The notes beneath the pieces were generated by a model. That model saw nothing but the letters and a program-made list of their open reading frames with translations. It was not told the origin of the DNA and made no database searches. This document shows, one piece after another, positions 9,987 through 19,860 of a stretch of DNA of 64,000 nt (its first letter is position 1; every line of letters starts with the position of its first letter). The position numbers and the translations under genes are program-made. The stretch lies in the NCBI GenBank assembly GCA_001780985.1, contig MFJV01000001.1:158980-222979 (forward strand). Direction: 5' to 3'. This DNA is from Candidatus Gottesmanbacteria bacterium RIFCSPLOWO2_01_FULL_43_11b (GTDB lineage: Bacteria; Patescibacteriota; Microgenomatia; UBA10105; UBA927).

Positions 9987-10550
9987 CTAAACCTGTAGTA
10001 ATTCCGCTTCCTTACGTTCCCCAATCGTATCGATTTCTGCAATCATTTCATTAGTGAGTTCCTGAACTACTTTTTCGCCGTGTTTTCGTTCGTCTTCCGA
10101 AATAGTCGCGTCTGATTCTAGTTTTTTAAGGTGTTTCATCGCTTCTGCCCGTACTTGACGCACCATTATGCGTCCTGCTTCAAGTTTTGTACGTGCGAGC
10201 TTAATGTACTCTTGCCGGCGTTCCTCAGATAACGGGGGAAGTGTAATACGAATAATCTCTCCGTCGACGACCGGTGTAAACCCTGCATTTGCTTCCTGTA
10301 ATCCCCGTTCTATTTCAGCAATAATTGAGGGATCAAATGGCGCAATCACAATTGTTTTGGCCTCCATGGTTGTAATTGTCGCTAGTTCCTTAACTTTAAG
10401 TTTTTGCGATCCGCCATAGACGGAAATGATTATATTTTCAACAAGTGCTGATGTAGCACGACCGGAGCGAATTGAGGAAAGATCCGTATGCGTGACCTCG
10501 ATGGCTTTTTTCATCTGGTCACGGGCTTGGTTCGTAACAGGATCGATCAT
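9987..10550 (-). CDS. frr: ribosome recycling factor
   Basis: 187 aa with a conserved RRF pattern (LSSIRSGRA, ..PLSEERR..). Confidence 0.92.
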   Translation of the reverse strand: MIDPVTNQARDQMKKAIEVTHTDLSSIRSGRATSALVENIIISVYGGSQKLKVKELATITTMEAKTIVIAPFDPSIIAEIERGLQEANAGFTPVVDGEIIRITLPPLSEERRQEYIKLARTKLEAGRIMVRQVRAEAMKHLKKLESDATISEDERKHGEKVVQELTNEMIAEIDTIGERKEAELLQV

Positions 10551-11011
10551 TTATCTAATCCTAAAGCAATTCGACTGAATTTAGCAACTGCGATGTTTTC
10601 TCCGACTTTGGCGACGGTTTGTTTGACAAAATCTCCTATTGTCACCTTTGGATCACGGATATATTCTTCTTTGAGAAGTTCCGTGATGTTTTTGGGGTTC
10701 ATGGAGGCAACTTGTAAACAAATCTCGTGAGCAAGATGCTTAAATTCATCAGTTCGTGCAACAAAATCCGTCTCACAACGGAGTTCGACAAGAACACCAA
10801 TTTTACCATTTGCATGAACGTATGACTCAATAATCCCCTGTGATGTTTCTTTCCCTTCTTTCTTAGCAGCTTTCTCAAGCCCTCGTTCTGTGATGAGTTT
10901 CACAGCTTTTTCGAAGTCACCCTTTGCATCCTCAAGTGCCTGCCGGCAGTCAGAAACACCGGCTTGTGTTTTTTCTCTAAGTTTTTTTATATCATCAAGT
11001 TTTACTTGCAT
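10547..11011 (-). CDS. tsf: elongation factor Ts (short form)
   Basis: The UBA-like N-terminus IKKLREKTQAGVSDCRQALE starts at the internal ATG 11011. The longer track ORF (to 11113) adds a K/R-rich extension that overlaps rpsB and is probably not translated. Confidence 0.88.
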   Translation of the reverse strand: MQVKLDDIKKLREKTQAGVSDCRQALEDAKGDFEKAVKLITERGLEKAAKKEGKETSQGIIESYVHANGKIGVLVELRCETDFVARTDEFKHLAHEICLQVASMNPKNITELLKEEYIRDPKVTIGDFVKQTVAKVGENIAVAKFSRIALGLDK

Positions 11012-11774
11012 CTTTTTTCTCCTTTTCCTTCGTCTCTTTCTTTTCTTCTTTCTTACTTTCTTTCTCTGTTTTTTCCCTTCCTTCTTTATATGCATCAGCG
11101 ATATATTTTGCAATGATTCGAATCGATCCTACCGCATCATCGTTTGCCGGGATGACAAAATTAATATCGGCCGGATCGGAATTAGTGTCAACCACACCGA
11201 CAATCGGGATCTCTCTGCGTTTCCCTTCACGGACTGCCGCGTCCTCTTTTCGTATATCGACGATAAAAAGTGCATCCGGAGGAGCATTGAGAGTAAGAAC
11301 CCCGCCATAAAATACGTTGAGTCTGCTTAGGTAGTGTCCAAGTTTCGTCTGTTCGTGCTTGGGAAACTTTTTCCATGCACCTGTTTTTTGCTCTTCTGCA
11401 AGTCTAATTATTTTTTTAATATTTTTGTGTACCTCATCCCAGTTGGTGAGGAATCCACCGATCCATCGTTGAGTCAGATATGGTGCACCGCAACTCTCTG
11501 CTAACTCTTTGACGATGCCACTTGCCTGGCGTTTGGTTGCGACAAAAAGCACAGTCCCGCCTCGTTGGGCAACTTCTTTGACAAATTGTGCTGCTGCCTC
11601 AAGACCTGTTTTTGTTTTGGCAAGGTCAATTATGTGGATGCCGTCTTTTTCGGCGTAAATAAATTCCGTTGCCTTTGGATTCCAGCGTTCGGCTTTATGC
11701 CCAAAATGGCACCCTGCTTCTAATAATTGTTGTAGTGTTATTTCTTCCATAAAAAAAGGCGCAACACGCGCCAA
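10995..11774 (-). CDS. rpsB: 30S ribosomal protein S2
   Basis: LLEAGCHFGH motif and an rpsB-tsf-frr gene order. The start may be the internal ATG at 11750. Confidence 0.92.
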   Translation of the reverse strand: MARVAPFFMEEITLQQLLEAGCHFGHKAERWNPKATEFIYAEKDGIHIIDLAKTKTGLEAAAQFVKEVAQRGGTVLFVATKRQASGIVKELAESCGAPYLTQRWIGGFLTNWDEVHKNIKKIIRLAEEQKTGAWKKFPKHEQTKLGHYLSRLNVFYGGVLTLNAPPDALFIVDIRKEDAAVREGKRREIPIVGVVDTNSDPADINFVIPANDDAVGSIRIIAKYIADAYKEGREKTEKESKKEEKKETKEKEKKDASKT

Positions 11775-11844
11775 AGTAATTGACTACGTGTTCCTTATCT
11801 CCGCCACTCATGACCCTTTTGGGAGGAACACTTATGAGTGTGAG

Positions 11845-13152
11845 TTATGGGACAGGAAACTTCTTAGTTAATATTATAACATTTTTTCTTATTGTCGCAA
11901 GTTTTTTGTTTTTCATTAGCTCTACACGGGTTTTTTTGAGAAATAAACCGCGGTCTACTTTCTTTTCAGGCAGTCGGTAGTGCGAAACTTCAGCGATAAC
12001 TTGGGCAATCCATTTCCCAATTTGGTTCATTTGTTTTTCCTTCATACCGCGAGTGGTAATTGCCGGTGTTCCGAGACGGATGCCTGAGGGATAAAAGGGC
12101 GGATTCGGGTCATGCGGGACACTATTTTTGTTTACGACAATATTGGCTACCTCAAGCGCTTCTGCAACAATATTACCTACGACTTTTTGGGGACGAAGAT
12201 CAACAACCATAAGATGATTATCCGTGCCATCGGTCGTTAATGTTAACCCCTGATCCATCAACGTTTTTGCTAACACTTTTGCATTCATTACAATTTGCTT
12301 AGCATATGCGCGAAATGCCGGTGTTGATGCTTCTTTGAGCGCGATGGCAATTGCGGCAGTTACATTATCATGCGGCCCGCCCTGGAGAGCCGGGAATACT
12401 GCTTTGTCAATTTTGTCTCCCATCATTGGATCTTTTTTTATACCCTGATCAGTTACCATGAGCATGGCACCTCTTGGACCCCGTAAGGTTTTATGTGTCG
12501 TGGTCATAATAATGTCTGCATACGGAACAGGTGTGGGATGAACACCGCCGATTATCAGCCCCGTAATGTGGGAAATATCTGCAAGGAAATATGCACCAAC
12601 ACTGTCGCAAATTTCCTTCCACCGTTTCCAGTCATAAATCCTTGGATACGCTGTTGTTCCGACAACAATTATCTTAGGCTTTGTCATAATCGCAAGATCT
12701 GCTACTTTGTCCATATTAATTCTGCCGTCTTCTTCAACATCGTACTGTGCTGGTCGGAAATATTTTCCTGAGAACGTTACTTGCGGATGGCCGTGTGTCA
12801 GATGTCCGCCGGCAGAAAGCTTGAGCCCCATTATTACGTCTCCTGGGTTAAGGAGCGCAAAATATACCGCAGCATTTGCAGGTGAACCGGAATAGGGTTG
12901 AACATTAACGTGAGGAACTTTAAATAATTTTTTGGCCCGTTCTATTGCGATATCTTCAATTTCGTCGATATACGTATTCCCCTGGTAGTAACGTTTATGA
13001 GGGTACCCTTCAGAATATTTATTCGTAAGAACCGAACCTGTTGCTTCCCGTACAGCCTTCGAGGTGTAGTTTTCGCTGGGAATCATTTCCAAAACTTCCG
13101 ATTGACGCTTTTCTTCAAGTGCTATTAATGATGATATTTCTGCGTCTGCCAT
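11845..13152 (-). CDS. glyA: serine hydroxymethyltransferase
   Basis: 435 aa with SENYTS, YSEGYP and TTTHKTLRGPRG (PLP lysine) motifs. Confidence 0.93.
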   Translation of the reverse strand: MADAEISSLIALEEKRQSEVLEMIPSENYTSKAVREATGSVLTNKYSEGYPHKRYYQGNTYIDEIEDIAIERAKKLFKVPHVNVQPYSGSPANAAVYFALLNPGDVIMGLKLSAGGHLTHGHPQVTFSGKYFRPAQYDVEEDGRINMDKVADLAIMTKPKIIVVGTTAYPRIYDWKRWKEICDSVGAYFLADISHITGLIIGGVHPTPVPYADIIMTTTHKTLRGPRGAMLMVTDQGIKKDPMMGDKIDKAVFPALQGGPHDNVTAAIAIALKEASTPAFRAYAKQIVMNAKVLAKTLMDQGLTLTTDGTDNHLMVVDLRPQKVVGNIVAEALEVANIVVNKNSVPHDPNPPFYPSGIRLGTPAITTRGMKEKQMNQIGKWIAQVIAEVSHYRLPEKKVDRGLFLKKTRVELMKNKKLATIRKNVIILTKKFPVP

Positions 13153-13190
13153 GTCTCACATCATACGTAATTTCTTGGTACAATACAAAT

Positions 13191-13736
13191 ATGAAATATA
13201 TGGTCATTCTCATATGCGGTGGGTCCTGTTCCGGAAAATCTGTGTTTGCATCACTATTTCAAAACGCAGTGATTTTGCCTCAAGATCACTTTTATTATTC
13301 TAAATCGCAAATGAAATCTGACAACTACGACGTACCTGAGTCAATTGACATTGCTGAGTGCGCGGAAGCTGCGAAAATACTTAGTGAAGGAAAATCCGTA
13401 ACAATTCCTGTGTATGATATGAAAATTTCAGATCGGGTGGGAACGCAGACAATCACACCAAAACCCGATACGAAATTTGTTGTCGTTGAAGGAATTTTTA
13501 CCTTCCATGAGCCGCTCCGTGAACTTGGCGACCTTAAGATTTTCATTGACACACCGACGGAAATTCGAGTGGCTCGGCGAATGCTTCGGGATGAGGAAAA
13601 AGGAAGAAGTGAAATCGATACGCTTTCGTGGTCAATAACAGTAGAAAAATATCATCGCCAACATGTAGAACCCATGAAGAAATTCGCAGATCTTATTATC
13701 CCCTTTTCATATAATCCGGTGCGGTTTGGAGATTGA
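13191..13736 (+). CDS. udk: uridine kinase / PRK-family P-loop kinase
   Basis: The likely start is ATG 13191 (MKYMVILICGGSCSGKS P-loop). A QDHFY motif is present. The track ORF's upstream extension overlaps glyA. Confidence 0.72.
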   Translation: MKYMVILICGGSCSGKSVFASLFQNAVILPQDHFYYSKSQMKSDNYDVPESIDIAECAEAAKILSEGKSVTIPVYDMKISDRVGTQTITPKPDTKFVVVEGIFTFHEPLRELGDLKIFIDTPTEIRVARRMLRDEEKGRSEIDTLSWSITVEKYHRQHVEPMKKFADLIIPFSYNPVRFGD

Positions 13737-13955
13737 TTAATACTGAACTTCTCGTTTTCCTCCTTTTCCTAATCGTTCCATAAATTGACGGTTATAATCC
13801 TCCGCGATTTTTGGATCGATATATAGAATATCATATCCCGAACCGTCGTCTTTTTGAATAAGATAGGCAACGCCGTTTCCATATCCTAAATCTTGAGGCC
13901 TAGGAAAAATTGTCTGTCCTCCATCCCCTTGTTGCCCTCCAACTTGTCGAGTCAT
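13737..13955 (-). CDS. hypothetical small protein
   Basis: 72-aa ORF filling the gap between udk and tdk. No motif recognised. Confidence 0.35.
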   Translation of the reverse strand: MTRQVGGQQGDGGQTIFPRPQDLGYGNGVAYLIQKDDGSGYDILYIDPKIAEDYNRQFMERLGKGGKREVQY

Positions 13956-13970
13956 ACTTCTTCCTCCTTT

Positions 13971-14552
13971 CTATCGATAAATTTTGTGATCGGATTCACA
14001 GACAGCGATATATTTATCAGCCGCTCCTACAACCACTTGCCCTTTTCCGCCTTTGAGTCTTTCCGTATGTCTTGCAAGCGATCCGCAGCGCTGGCAAATT
14101 GCAAATAGTTCAAGTCGCTCGTCGGCAAGTCCTAATAGATCCGGTGTTGCACCGAAAGGTTTTCTTTGGTAATCATATAAAAGCCCCGCCGCAATCACAT
14201 GAATACCGGCAGCTTTGAGTTTGAGGGCAACATCAATTATTTTTCTTTTATCAAAAAACTGCACTTCGTCTAATATTACTTTGTTCGCTCCGGAAGAAAG
14301 TATGCTTTCTACAATGGTTGCGGGTTTTTGCCCATCGACGATGATTGCTTTGCTTCTTTTGTTATCATGGCTGTGAATTTCTGACTTTGCTCCATATCGA
14401 TTATCAATGGAGGGTTTGACTGTGAGGACTTTATATCCCATCCGTGTAAATACCTCGACCATCGCAACAAGTTTTCCTGTTTTACCCGAGAACATCGGTC
14501 CGGCAATAACAGTGAGCTTGCCCTTTTTTTTACTTCGCTTCATGTCATTCAC
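13971..14552 (-). CDS. tdk: thymidine kinase
   Basis: P-loop GPMFSGKT, DEVQFF, and zinc ribbon CQRCG..AVCESDH. Confidence 0.9.
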   Translation of the reverse strand: MNDMKRSKKKGKLTVIAGPMFSGKTGKLVAMVEVFTRMGYKVLTVKPSIDNRYGAKSEIHSHDNKRSKAIIVDGQKPATIVESILSSGANKVILDEVQFFDKRKIIDVALKLKAAGIHVIAAGLLYDYQRKPFGATPDLLGLADERLELFAICQRCGSLARHTERLKGGKGQVVVGAADKYIAVCESDHKIYR

Positions 14553-15205
14553 AATATCCCGTTTTGGGCAAAAACGTCAAGTACCTCTTTATGAATTTCT
14601 TCACGCGGCCTGATTTGACTATCTTTGGTACATTGAATCATTTTCCAGTGTGGATATCTTGCTACCAATGAAAGGTACAGTGTCTCAACTGTTTTGAGAA
14701 GTTCCGTATCTTTTTCATACGTATCTTTCGTATTTCCCCGTTTATCTATAAGCGACTGAGCTGACTCTACCGGCATGTGAAAATACAAAACAAGATTTTC
14801 TTTGGGAAGTCCGATAATTTCCTGCTCGAGTTTATACACCCACTCAATAAAGCTTTGTTGTTCACTTTGAGGGAGTTTTGCCGCGTGATAGACAGCACTG
14901 CTTGCAGTGTAACGGTTACTTAATACAATCTTCCCTCCTTCAAGCCACGAAATCACGTCATTTTTAATTTGCCACCTATCGCAGGCAAAAGGTAAAACAG
15001 CAAGTTTTGGAGGTATGTTTTCTCCTAATTTTCCAAGGAGAAGGTCTTCGGCAATGCTTCCGAAAAATGATTCTTTATACCTTGGGAAGTCAATTGTCGC
15101 ATGGGAAATATTGTGGTTGGTTAAGTAGCGAACCAAAAATTCCGCTTGAGTTTTCTTCCCCGATCCATCCGTTCCCTCAAAAACAATTAATTTCCCTTGC
15201 GTCAT
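14549..15205 (-). CDS. tmk: thymidylate kinase
   Basis: LIVFEGTDGSGKKTQ P-loop and a DRY-like region. Overlaps tdk by 4 nt. Confidence 0.88.
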   Translation of the reverse strand: MTQGKLIVFEGTDGSGKKTQAEFLVRYLTNHNISHATIDFPRYKESFFGSIAEDLLLGKLGENIPPKLAVLPFACDRWQIKNDVISWLEGGKIVLSNRYTASSAVYHAAKLPQSEQQSFIEWVYKLEQEIIGLPKENLVLYFHMPVESAQSLIDKRGNTKDTYEKDTELLKTVETLYLSLVARYPHWKMIQCTKDSQIRPREEIHKEVLDVFAQNGIL

Positions 15206-15249
15206 AAGGTTATCTTATCATAGATCAATTTAGTGTATAATGGGGCGCC

Positions 15250-16224
15250 ATGACAAACCGTGAGACAATGACGTCGCAAGATGCCGTCGAAAGAGATGCA
15301 AGACTCGACAGCTGGCTTACAGAATTTCATAAAATCGTAGACCCAGAACTAGGAGTTTTGCGCTTCAACTTGAGAAAGTCCTGGGAACGATATGTTGAAG
15401 ACCATATTCACAGTCTTCTGCGCGACTTGCGTGATCCTGAAAATCGAATCAAACCAAAAACAGAAGATAATATAAAAATGATTCGCATACTCACGAGGGC
15501 TGACAGAAAATGGAAGATACTCTCGCAGCTCATTCGTCAGGGAGGGTTTATTGCTATATGGGATAATTCTCCTTTTGATGAAGAAGCTGAACACCGTTGG
15601 TTGAGAACCCGGGACGATTTTCCCAATCATTATTCTTTGAGAGTTGCTCATTCCAAACAATTGTTTGATTTATTGCAAACCCCGGTCTTCACATTGGACA
15701 CGGTCACCTTAGTCGATGGTCTACCGATAGAAAAACCAAAAACCATTGAAGACGCACAGGACAGAATCACACAGATGAGTGACAAGCAAATTTCCACTGA
15801 AACGGGTTGGGTTTTTGGGACCCAAGTAAAGTCCGGCGCATCCGTAACCCTCCTCAACAAAACTGGGATCACCTACCATGTTAAACCTGTTCTTCTATCA
15901 AACATCAATCGTTATCTTCAAACCGCATCATCGATTTTTGATGTGTCTGGAGGAATAGATTTAAGCTCTGTGCAGGCACGGACAGAATTTATTGATATGA
16001 ATGAGCCGGTAATGGTTTATAGTCACAATAATTACGCCGACACGGGGCAATTAACTCTGCGCGGTGAAGATATGAAAAGTCCTCTATTTGACCCTTTTTT
16101 TGCAGGTGTTCCAGTCCATGCTGTCAAAGCACTTCTTCCGCTGATTCCTGCAATTTATTTATTTGGAGACCCGTTTTACATGGAATCATCTTACATGGAA
16201 GCTAAAACCTCAAAAACGTCGTAA
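15250..16224 (+). CDS. hypothetical protein embedded in the nucleotide-salvage cluster
   Basis: 324-aa ORF with no motif recognised. Confidence 0.55.
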   Translation: MTNRETMTSQDAVERDARLDSWLTEFHKIVDPELGVLRFNLRKSWERYVEDHIHSLLRDLRDPENRIKPKTEDNIKMIRILTRADRKWKILSQLIRQGGFIAIWDNSPFDEEAEHRWLRTRDDFPNHYSLRVAHSKQLFDLLQTPVFTLDTVTLVDGLPIEKPKTIEDAQDRITQMSDKQISTETGWVFGTQVKSGASVTLLNKTGITYHVKPVLLSNINRYLQTASSIFDVSGGIDLSSVQARTEFIDMNEPVMVYSHNNYADTGQLTLRGEDMKSPLFDPFFAGVPVHAVKALLPLIPAIYLFGDPFYMESSYMEAKTSKTS

Positions 16225-16847
16225 ACAGTGGGGATCGAAACATCGGCCGCTGGATGTTTTTCAGTCGACCACACGAGACATGTTTTCATACCGAGTTTTT
16301 TAGCAGGAATCAGATCGACGTCAATCCGGTCGCCTATCATCAGATGTGTTTCAACCGGCTGTTGGGTCTTATCCAAAATATATTGGAATCCTTTCAGGCT
16401 TGGCTTTGTATCTCCAACTAGTTCCGCCGTAACAATCTCTGCAAAAAGTTCTTCCGGGACTCCAAGTGCATGCAAAGCCGGGATAATTTTCTTCTTTATT
16501 CCGTTGACGAATAGGAAATGAGTGTATGACGAAAGATTCATGAGCATTTGAATAAGCCGTTCATCACGTTTGAGATATTTCGTCCGATCATAATATGCTT
16601 CCATTTCAATTGCCGACTGCACTACAGAAAGATGAGATAATTTTGCGACAACCTGGGTAGCGCTCTTAAATTGTTTTTTATAGATCTCGTTGAACTTTTC
16701 GACTACTTTCTCCTTTGACCATCCAGCGTGATCAACAATGACACGGTACTCTGCTTCCCGAACATCGTTTTTGAGAGCTGGTATAAGTTTGTAAAATGTC
16801 CCATCAAAATCCCAAATGATTACTTTTATAGAAAAAAGTTTGGTCAT
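16191..16847 (-). CDS. HAD-superfamily hydrolase
   Basis: DFDGT motif I and GDRIDVD motif IV. Confidence 0.8.
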   Translation of the reverse strand: MTKLFSIKVIIWDFDGTFYKLIPALKNDVREAEYRVIVDHAGWSKEKVVEKFNEIYKKQFKSATQVVAKLSHLSVVQSAIEMEAYYDRTKYLKRDERLIQMLMNLSSYTHFLFVNGIKKKIIPALHALGVPEELFAEIVTAELVGDTKPSLKGFQYILDKTQQPVETHLMIGDRIDVDLIPAKKLGMKTCLVWSTEKHPAADVSIPTVYDVFEVLASM

Positions 16848-16851
16848 ACTT

Positions 16852-17532
16852 TTATGCTTCTAATTGTCCAAGGTGGAGTATTTGGCGAGAACTTCCCATA
16901 ATAGGCTTTCCGGCAAGTGCTTTTTTTACAGTTGACACAAGTTTTTCTCTCGCCTTTTTGTAATGCACGATATCTAAATGATTTGTTTTCACAATTAATA
17001 CCCGGATGGATTTATTTTCCCGTAACCATTTGTGATTGAGCATATCGAGGAGCTCTAAATAACTTGTAGAAATCTGCTGTTCGTAGGTCCTCCCGCGTTT
17101 TTTAATGCGAGTTTGTAAAACTTCTGTAGACGTTTCCAAAAAAACAATAAGGTCTGGCGCCCGCATAAATGGCTCGAATGCTTTATACACTTTAAGGTAA
17201 AGCCACCACTCTGCTTCATCCATATTTCCCAACACGTATTGGGCTTTTCCGTACGAGAGTGCATCCTGTTGGATCGGCGTATCCTGGACTATTGAATATT
17301 TCTCTAGAATTTTTATCGTCTCGAGCATTTGTTTTATTTTTTCCATGAGAAAAAACATTTGCGAATGAAACGCCCATCGCTTCATGTCTTTATAAAAACG
17401 GGGCAAAAAAGCATTTTCACCAAAATGTTCTTCTAACAATTTGAATTTCAACTCGTGCGCCAGCAATTTAGCTACTGTGGTTTTCCCGGCGCCAATAGTA
17501 CCCATGATTGAAATGTATATTCTCTTTTTCAT
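16852..17532 (-). CDS. deoxynucleoside kinase
   Basis: GTIGAGKTT P-loop plus a FLPRFY..W.F.SQ.FFL dNK family pattern. Confidence 0.82.
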   Translation of the reverse strand: MKKRIYISIMGTIGAGKTTVAKLLAHELKFKLLEEHFGENAFLPRFYKDMKRWAFHSQMFFLMEKIKQMLETIKILEKYSIVQDTPIQQDALSYGKAQYVLGNMDEAEWWLYLKVYKAFEPFMRAPDLIVFLETSTEVLQTRIKKRGRTYEQQISTSYLELLDMLNHKWLRENKSIRVLIVKTNHLDIVHYKKAREKLVSTVKKALAGKPIMGSSRQILHLGQLEA

Positions 17533-17539
17533 GTAAAAC

Positions 17540-17568
17540 TTGACAATATTCTAGCATATCTTTAGTAT
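17540..17568 (+). promoter_or_regulatory. candidate sigma70-type promoter for the glmS leader
   Basis: TTGACA (17540..17545), a 17-nt spacer, then TAGTAT (17563..17568). Located about 45 nt upstream of the ribozyme cleavage site. Confidence 0.45.
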
Positions 17569-17611
17569 GAAGAGGTTAGGTTCTTTAAAAGAGGGCGGAA
17601 ATTGGAAAATT

Positions 17612-17755
17612 TAAAGCGTGTGGACCAGCCCCTCGCGAGGAGCTGGTATACGAGGAAGGGGAAAATCGAATAGCCCGCCAGTCGGCGGATAAATCTGCGG
17701 ATACCCCTTGGTAGCGCTCTCTACCACAACAATAGACAGAAATGACTATTGAGGA
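17612..17755 (+). promoter_or_regulatory. glmS ribozyme/riboswitch
   Basis: aA|GCG cleavage-site context at 17615/17616. P1 hairpin gaccagc..gctggt. Conserved core strings ACGAGGA and AUCGAA..UCGGCGGAU. Sits directly upstream of glmS. Confidence 0.75.
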
Positions 17756-17778
17756 GCCCGTCTCTCTTTCTAAACTTC

Positions 17779-19551
17779 ATGTGTGGAATATTTGGCTACG
17801 TTGGTCCTAGCCCTCATGGTGCAAAGATAGTTCTTGAAGGTCTCAAACGACTTGAATATCGCGGTTACGATAGTTGGGGAGTTGCTGTTGTACCTGCTTC
17901 AAAGGGTAAAATTGTCGTAAAGAAAAAAGCCGGAAGAATAGGCAAAGCTAGTGTTTCTGATATGCCAAAAGGGTCTGTTGCGTTCGGGCATACCCGCTGG
18001 GCAACCCATGGAGGAGTTACCGATGTTAATGCACACCCTCACCTTGACTGCACAGGAAATCTTGCTGTCATTCACAATGGTATTTTTGAAAACTATGAGA
18101 GTATAAAGCAGGATCTTATTAAAAAAGGGCACCGTTTTATCTCCCAAACAGATACCGAAGTTATCGCCCACCTCATTGAAGAATATGCAAAGACCATGAT
18201 GTTAAGTAAGGCAGTGCAACGGGCGTATAACGAAATGGAAGGTCTTAACGCATTCATAGTTATCCAGACAAAAGAACACCTCCTCCTTGGGGTAAGAAAT
18301 GGGTCACCCTTAGTCGTCGGATTCGGAGATCCGGAAAATTATTTGGCAAGTGATGCTGCAGCGCTCATTCCCCATACCCGGCAGGTTCATTTTCTTGAAG
18401 ATGATCAAATGGTAATTGTTGGAACTGATCAGGTAAACATATTTAACGCAAGAACCGGTGAACGCATTCGTCCGCTTAAACAGAAACTTACCTGGTCAGC
18501 AGAGCAGGCAGAAAAAGGAAAATTCCCTTATTTCATGCTGAAAGAAATTTATGAACAGCCCGGGCTTATTTCAGAAATTGCCGGAGAATCAACGATCCAA
18601 GCCAAAAAAATTGCGGAGGTTCTTAAAAACGCACATGGCGCCTATATCGTTGGCTGCGGAACTGCCGGATATGCTGCTCTTGCTGCTCAATATCTCTTTT
18701 CAGCCATATCAAACAGACACGTTAACTCTGTTATTGGCAGCGAATTTGGCTACCTCCAAAATTTTCTCGTGAAAAGAAGTGCCGTACTTGCCCTTTCACA
18801 ATCCGGCGAAACCATGGATATTCTTGAGGGAGTCAAGAAAGCCAAAGACAAAGGTGCAAAAATTGTTTCTTTGGTTAATGTCGTCGGATCCTCGCTTTGG
18901 CGGTTATCAGATGTAAGACTCCCAATTGGTGTAGGGCCGGAGAAAGGGGTCGCATCTACCAAAGCATTCATCGGGAAACTTACCCATCTCATACTTCTCT
19001 CTTACGCAATGATAGGCAAAATTACCAAGGGTCAGCGGATACTCACGCGGGCTGCAAAAGCAGCAACCGAGGTTCTCAAAGAGCAGCGGGTGAGTAAAAT
19101 AATGAAACTTGCAAAAAAACTCAAAAATACGGAACATATTTTTGTTATCGGGAGAGGGCTTTCATATCCTGCGGCGCTTGAAACAGCGCTAAAAATTAAG
19201 GAAATTTCCTATATCCATGCCGAGGGCTTGGCCGCAGGGGAACTCAAACACGGCCCACTTGCGCTTGTGACGAAAGGCATTCCCTGCATCGTATTTGCAC
19301 CCAACGATGAAACACAGGGAGCAAATCTTGCGGGAGCCATGGAAATGAAAGCACGAGGTGCGTATATTATCGGGATCTCACCCAAAAAGCATGAGGTTTT
19401 TGATTATTATCTGCCGGTTAAAGACGTGGGAGAGGCAACAATTATTCCCAATGTCATCGTTGCCCAGCTTCTGGCGTACTATTTAGCAATAGAGCGCGGC
19501 TTCGACCCCGATATGCCGAGGAATCTAGCAAAAAGTGTAACAGTAAAATGA
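17779..19551 (+). CDS. glmS: glutamine--fructose-6-phosphate aminotransferase
   Basis: Starts MCGIFGY (Ntn Cys) at ATG 17779, contains two SIS domains, and ends ..AKSVTVK. Confidence 0.93.
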   Translation: MCGIFGYVGPSPHGAKIVLEGLKRLEYRGYDSWGVAVVPASKGKIVVKKKAGRIGKASVSDMPKGSVAFGHTRWATHGGVTDVNAHPHLDCTGNLAVIHNGIFENYESIKQDLIKKGHRFISQTDTEVIAHLIEEYAKTMMLSKAVQRAYNEMEGLNAFIVIQTKEHLLLGVRNGSPLVVGFGDPENYLASDAAALIPHTRQVHFLEDDQMVIVGTDQVNIFNARTGERIRPLKQKLTWSAEQAEKGKFPYFMLKEIYEQPGLISEIAGESTIQAKKIAEVLKNAHGAYIVGCGTAGYAALAAQYLFSAISNRHVNSVIGSEFGYLQNFLVKRSAVLALSQSGETMDILEGVKKAKDKGAKIVSLVNVVGSSLWRLSDVRLPIGVGPEKGVASTKAFIGKLTHLILLSYAMIGKITKGQRILTRAAKAATEVLKEQRVSKIMKLAKKLKNTEHIFVIGRGLSYPAALETALKIKEISYIHAEGLAAGELKHGPLALVTKGIPCIVFAPNDETQGANLAGAMEMKARGAYIIGISPKKHEVFDYYLPVKDVGEATIIPNVIVAQLLAYYLAIERGFDPDMPRNLAKSVTVK

Positions 19552-19554
19552 TAC

Positions 19555-19860
19555 CTAACGGATTTCAGGAGAACCGACAAGTGTGACGTTTCCATACTCC
19601 GGAACTGAAGCATTCAATCGCCCTCCTTCAGTCATTTGTCCGACGCGTCCACCAAAATAGTTAACATTTCCATTATCTGATACCTGTACTTCTTCTCCCC
19701 AATGGAACGTCGCGGTTTCTCCGTCCACGACAACACGCAATCCATCAGCAATTCTTACGTCTCCAAGTAAAAATTCATGAATTCCCTGTAAAAGCTCTTG
19801 GTCAATAGGGGCAAATCCTTCTCCAGTTTGATAAATAGTTCCGCTTATGGTTGTTTTCAT
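19555..19860 (-). CDS. hypothetical protein
   Basis: 101-aa ORF whose start (19860) overlaps by 4 nt the 3' end (19857) of the upstream ThyA-like gene, consistent with translational coupling. Confidence 0.45.
   Translation of the reverse strand: MKTTISGTIYQTGEGFAPIDQELLQGIHEFLLGDVRIADGLRVVVDGETATFHWGEEVQVSDNGNVNYFGGRVGQMTEGGRLNASVPEYGNVTLVGSPEIR

Noticed and set aside
10925-10945. 10-bp palindrome ctgccggcag in tsf (and again at about 56993 in the cohesin/Ig gene) as extra copies of the 20-bp element.
   Set aside because: Only the central 10 nt match. In tsf it encodes the conserved DCRQAL of the UBA-like domain, so it is probably native coding sequence and not an insertion.
11012-11113. 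Lys/Arg-rich N-terminal extension of the tsf ORF (MQNISLMHIKKEGKKQRKKVRKKKRKRRRKRRKK).
   Set aside because: It overlaps the acidic/lysine-rich C-terminus of rpsB in another frame. The conserved EF-Ts N-terminus begins at the internal ATG 11011.
13971-13985. tctatcgataaat in the tdk 3' end, identical to part of the yerC-flanking palindrome.
   Set aside because: It is a 13-nt match inside coding sequence (..HKIYR*) without the palindromic partner arm, so it is probably coincidental.
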